From a virus (lineage: Duplodnaviria > Caudoviricetes), in IMG/VR virus record IMGVR_UViG_3300042891_000430, positions 1 through 56,670 of that record: 56,670 nucleotides of DNA. One strand, 5' to 3'. Each line of letters opens with the position of its first letter. The stretch's first letter is position 1. The notes under the pieces are model-generated. The model saw only the letters and a program-made list of their open reading frames with translations. It did no database searches and was not told the origin of the DNA. This document shows, one piece after another, positions 53,931-56,670 of the stretch. The position numbers were made by a program, and so were the translations under genes.

Positions 53931-54620
53931 ATGACTAACGTAGCAATCCTCAACAATGGCTTCGACACACTCCGCAAGGAATACTTGGGCGAGATTACCA
54001 AGGACGGCGCATTGTCCGGCAAGGGCAAGAACGCATGGCCTAACGTCACGCTCCGCACCGTGCAGGCTGCACGTGATGGCTTGATTACCGTCGACGATGC
54101 AATGCTGATCTTTGAGACTTTCGCCCGCGCAGAAGGCAAGGCTCTTGTGCATGACCGCCCCAAGGATAGCGTCAAGAAAACCAAATCAGAAATTACCAAG
54201 ATGATCGAATGCGGGCAGCTCGTTAACGTCGACGCCGTAGAAGTCATGTCTCGTGCAGTGACTATCTATGGTAACCTCAAGACTGAGGGTGCTGAGCTAA
54301 AGGCTGCATATACAGGCTATGTGCAAGTGATCCGTGACCAGCTCAAGTCACCAGACTATGCCTTGGATGACGATGCTATCGCTCATGCACTCTGCAAGGG
54401 CGAGGCTAAGCCCGCATCAGTCGAGACTAAACTAAAGCAAGCGCTTGCTGCACTCGAAGCCGCAGTCAAGATTAACGACGCGGACGAAAACCCGGTCGAC
54501 CTAAGCTCAGTCACCAAAGCTGCATCCCTCGTGCAGTCTACTCTATCCTTCATGGCAACCAACGCAGAACGCCGCGCGCTTCTCGCTAAGCTCTCAATTC
54601 TCGACAGCAAAGCAGCGTAA
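53931..54620 (+). CDS. Hypothetical early protein (helical)
   Basis: RBS AGGAG before ATG53931. Confidence 0.75.
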   Translation: MTNVAILNNGFDTLRKEYLGEITKDGALSGKGKNAWPNVTLRTVQAARDGLITVDDAMLIFETFARAEGKALVHDRPKDSVKKTKSEITKMIECGQLVNVDAVEVMSRAVTIYGNLKTEGAELKAAYTGYVQVIRDQLKSPDYALDDDAIAHALCKGEAKPASVETKLKQALAALEAAVKINDADENPVDLSSVTKAASLVQSTLSFMATNAERRALLAKLSILDSKAA

Positions 54621-54708
54621 CAATCCAGAGTAACGGGGGGCACGAGCCCCCCGCCTTACACCATAACACCACTCAACCATCCCGCCCCATAGTAACTAGG
54701 AGAGTAAC

Positions 54709-54870
54709 ATGAACCCCTTCTGCTACGGTCTTATGATGCACGCCTACTTCCTCGGCTTGCCCGGTCTATGGGATGACGATTGCTATATCGTCTACTCCGG
54801 TTGCTATGACGGCATAGGCGAGGATGCAGTCACAATCCCCCATAACTTCTCAGTCCGTATCTTTTACTAA
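54709..54870 (+). CDS. 53-aa early protein (not in the ORF track)
   Basis: RBS AGGAGAGTAAC; MNPFCYGLMM... Confidence 0.55.
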   Translation: MNPFCYGLMMHAYFLGLPGLWDDDCYIVYSGCYDGIGEDAVTIPHNFSVRIFY

Positions 54871-54881
54871 GGAGAGTAACC

Positions 54882-55085
54882 ATGCTTCAGGTACGTGAGA
54901 TCCTTATCGGCACTAATCCTCGTGCCGTCATCCATGGCACGGCACGCAACATTAACGATGCACTAGAGCTCGTGCCCGGTACCGTGTTCCTCTACGAGGA
55001 AGATCTGCAGAACCCCAACCACTATGACGTCGCTGCTATCTGCGAGAATGAAGTACGCACATTCACCATCGAACCCGTCAAGTAA
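54882..55085 (+). CDS. Hypothetical early protein
   Basis: RBS AAGGAGAGTAAC. Confidence 0.7.
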   Translation: MLQVREILIGTNPRAVIHGTARNINDALELVPGTVFLYEEDLQNPNHYDVAAICENEVRTFTIEPVK

Positions 55086-55099
55086 CAATAGGAGTAACC

Positions 55100-55405
55100 A
55101 TGTCAGCTCACCACCCATACGTCTGCCATTGTGATCCGGGCCATGCGTGGCTTGAAGTATCGCTTAACGACATGATCGATGTTGGCTTGCATCCATGGGA
55201 CTTCACGCGCTGGTCCTATTACCATAGTAGTAACCGCACATTCTTCCTCGAGGAGGATGTCGATATGGGGACGTTCATCACGTCCTACATAGCTAAGTAT
55301 GGCGAGCAGCCTAAGCTCATCGAACAAAACTATAACTACGATTGTTACGTCAGATCACTTGACGCTAACCCCATCCCGCGCGGCACTGAGCCTGCGTTCA
55401 GGTAA
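55100..55405 (+). CDS. Hypothetical early protein
   Basis: RBS AGGAGTAAC; DPGHAWL...LEED.D motif. Confidence 0.75.
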   Translation: MSAHHPYVCHCDPGHAWLEVSLNDMIDVGLHPWDFTRWSYYHSSNRTFFLEEDVDMGTFITSYIAKYGEQPKLIEQNYNYDCYVRSLDANPIPRGTEPAFR

Positions 55406-55423
55406 CCATTGGAGTAACCACCC

Positions 55424-55579
55424 ATGTCCCGCCGTAACACCAACACACGCTATGACCTAAAGACTATCGTAGACCGCTATATCAAAGAACAGATCGCTCG
55501 CCTTGGCCCTATCGAACCTGTCGTGTTCGTGCCGGTCCCGGTTACTCCCAAGCGTAACCGGAGGAAGCGTCATGCTTGA
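55424..55579 (+). CDS. 51-aa basic early protein (not in the ORF track)
   Basis: RBS GGAGTAAC. Confidence 0.6.
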   Translation: MSRRNTNTRYDLKTIVDRYIKEQIARLGPIEPVVFVPVPVTPKRNRRKRHA

Positions 55580-55667
55580 TGATGAGTTCACTCTCATTGT
55601 GTCGTCTATCGGCATCGCGCTAGCGCTCATTATCGCAACCCCATACATCGCAGCCTACGTGCGATAG
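55572..55667 (+). CDS. 31-aa single-TM peptide (not in the ORF track)
   Basis: RBS GGAGG; MLDDEFTLIVSSIGIALALIIATPYIAAYVR. Confidence 0.5.
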   Translation: MLDDEFTLIVSSIGIALALIIATPYIAAYVR

Positions 55668-55676
55668 TGCGCTATC

Positions 55677-56069
55677 ATGATGCGCGCGCTGCTCTGTGGC
55701 TGGTTGGCAATCTGTCCGCCAGTCACCGGCACCGCTGTCGTGCAGGACGGTGACACCATTACTATCGATGGTAACAAGTTCCGTCTTTACGGCATCGACG
55801 CCGAAGAGCTAAACACAATGCACGGTCGTGCTGCACGTTCAGCACTCATACGATTGATTGGGACTAGCGTAGTAACCTGCGTCCCAACCAAAACAACATC
55901 ACACCATCGCATCGTCGCGAAGTGCAGCACATCTGACATACCCGATTTGGGTCGTGAGATGGTTAAACGAGGCTATGCGTTGGACTGCTATCGCTACTCA
56001 TTCGGTTACTACAGAAGTTACGAAGCGCCCGATGCACGGGTTCGATTATCTCAAGCGCCATACTGTTAG
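55677..56069 (+). CDS. Thermonuclease (SNase-like)
   Basis: DGDT, RLYGIDAEE, R.VA.C and MVKRGYA. Confidence 0.85.
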   Translation: MMRALLCGWLAICPPVTGTAVVQDGDTITIDGNKFRLYGIDAEELNTMHGRAARSALIRLIGTSVVTCVPTKTTSHHRIVAKCSTSDIPDLGREMVKRGYALDCYRYSFGYYRSYEAPDARVRLSQAPYC

Positions 56070-56079
56070 GAGAGAAGTT

Positions 56080-56469
56080 ATGCGTAAGGAAAGCATCAAA
56101 GTTTGCAGCGCGTTTATTGAAGGCAAGCCATCCAACGGCAAGCGCACCTACACCGACGGCCTGACACTCTATCTGCACGGAAACTGCATCGCGTGGTGGG
56201 ATAATTCGTTCGACACCGACACCGGCACCCTGCGCCGCATCCTGCACATGAATTGCTGCGGGTGGCCGAGCGTCACAACAAAAGACCGGCTCAACACATT
56301 GCTTAGACTACTTGGCATCCGTGCAGGTTACTTCACGAGTAACCACCAACTCTACTATGGCAGCAAGCTGCGCCCAGTCGACAAGCATGAGACGATCACC
56401 ATCGACGTCGACCTGACGATTGAGCTCGAACGAGCCGACCAATCACACCATTACACCATCGCAGCGTAA
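56080..56469 (+). CDS. Hypothetical early protein
   Basis: RBS AGGAG; LHGN.IA...GW.S.TTK.RLN motif. Confidence 0.75.
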   Translation: MRKESIKVCSAFIEGKPSNGKRTYTDGLTLYLHGNCIAWWDNSFDTDTGTLRRILHMNCCGWPSVTTKDRLNTLLRLLGIRAGYFTSNHQLYYGSKLRPVDKHETITIDVDLTIELERADQSHHYTIAA

Positions 56470-56484
56470 CAACGGAGAGTAACG

Positions 56485-56655
56485 ATGCTTCTCTATGAGA
56501 CTATCGACCCAAACAATTTAACCGAGCGCGACATCGAGTATCTGGCTGACATGCTCAGTGAAATACTCACGGAAAAGCACGGCAAATCGATTGGCTCGCT
56601 GTCTTTTAGCATCTCTGTGCAGTTCGATTTTCTTGAAGATAACAACGGAGAGTAA
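56485..56655 (+). CDS. 56-aa acidic protein (not in the ORF track)
   Basis: RBS GGAGAGTAAC; flanked by 17-bp direct repeats. Confidence 0.6.
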   Translation: MLLYETIDPNNLTERDIEYLADMLSEILTEKHGKSIGSLSFSISVQFDFLEDNNGE

Positions 56656-56670
56656 CATGCGTTCATTCAT

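Noticed and set aside
1-56670. tRNA genes, integrase, terminal repeat or end-to-end overlap
   Set aside because: None recognised by eye. The two ends share no evident overlap, so completeness and termini cannot be claimed.

Overview
The window is most of a ~57+ kb tailed-phage genome with podovirus-type morphogenesis. It has ejection proteins and a tail nozzle, and I see no tape measure, sheath, integrase or RNA polymerase. The host is most likely an Alphaproteobacterium, inferred from near-total GANTC avoidance and a hemO-pcyX cassette. Both ends fall inside ORFs, so the contig looks permuted and incomplete. Layout: (1) + strand early/replication arm, 53364-56670 and 1-15371, with small early ORFs, thermonuclease, MoxR-like AAA plus VWA/metallopeptidase, PolA, dCMP deaminase, Cas4-like exonuclease, VRR-NUC, SNF2 helicase, SSB-like protein and primase-helicase. 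(2) - strand late arm, 15321-50662, with portal, scaffold, capsid, fibres, lysis, nozzle and ejection proteins. (3) terS/terL on the + strand, divergent from the portal, followed by a non-coding control region. Main observations: a heme oxygenase plus PcyX-like bilin reductase cassette translationally coupled inside the late operon; a shared aromatic-x(2,3)-GG-x-V motif and duplicated N-terminal leader across tiny late proteins and ejection proteins; two promoter-plus-terminator-bounded candidate sRNAs flanking polA; strong GTAAC/GTTAC enrichment with GANTC avoidance; a tail-nozzle gene apparently split by SwmB-type repeats; a long AT-rich inverted repeat and a G-quadruplex-prone tract. All family assignments are by motif recognition, and all counts were made by eye.
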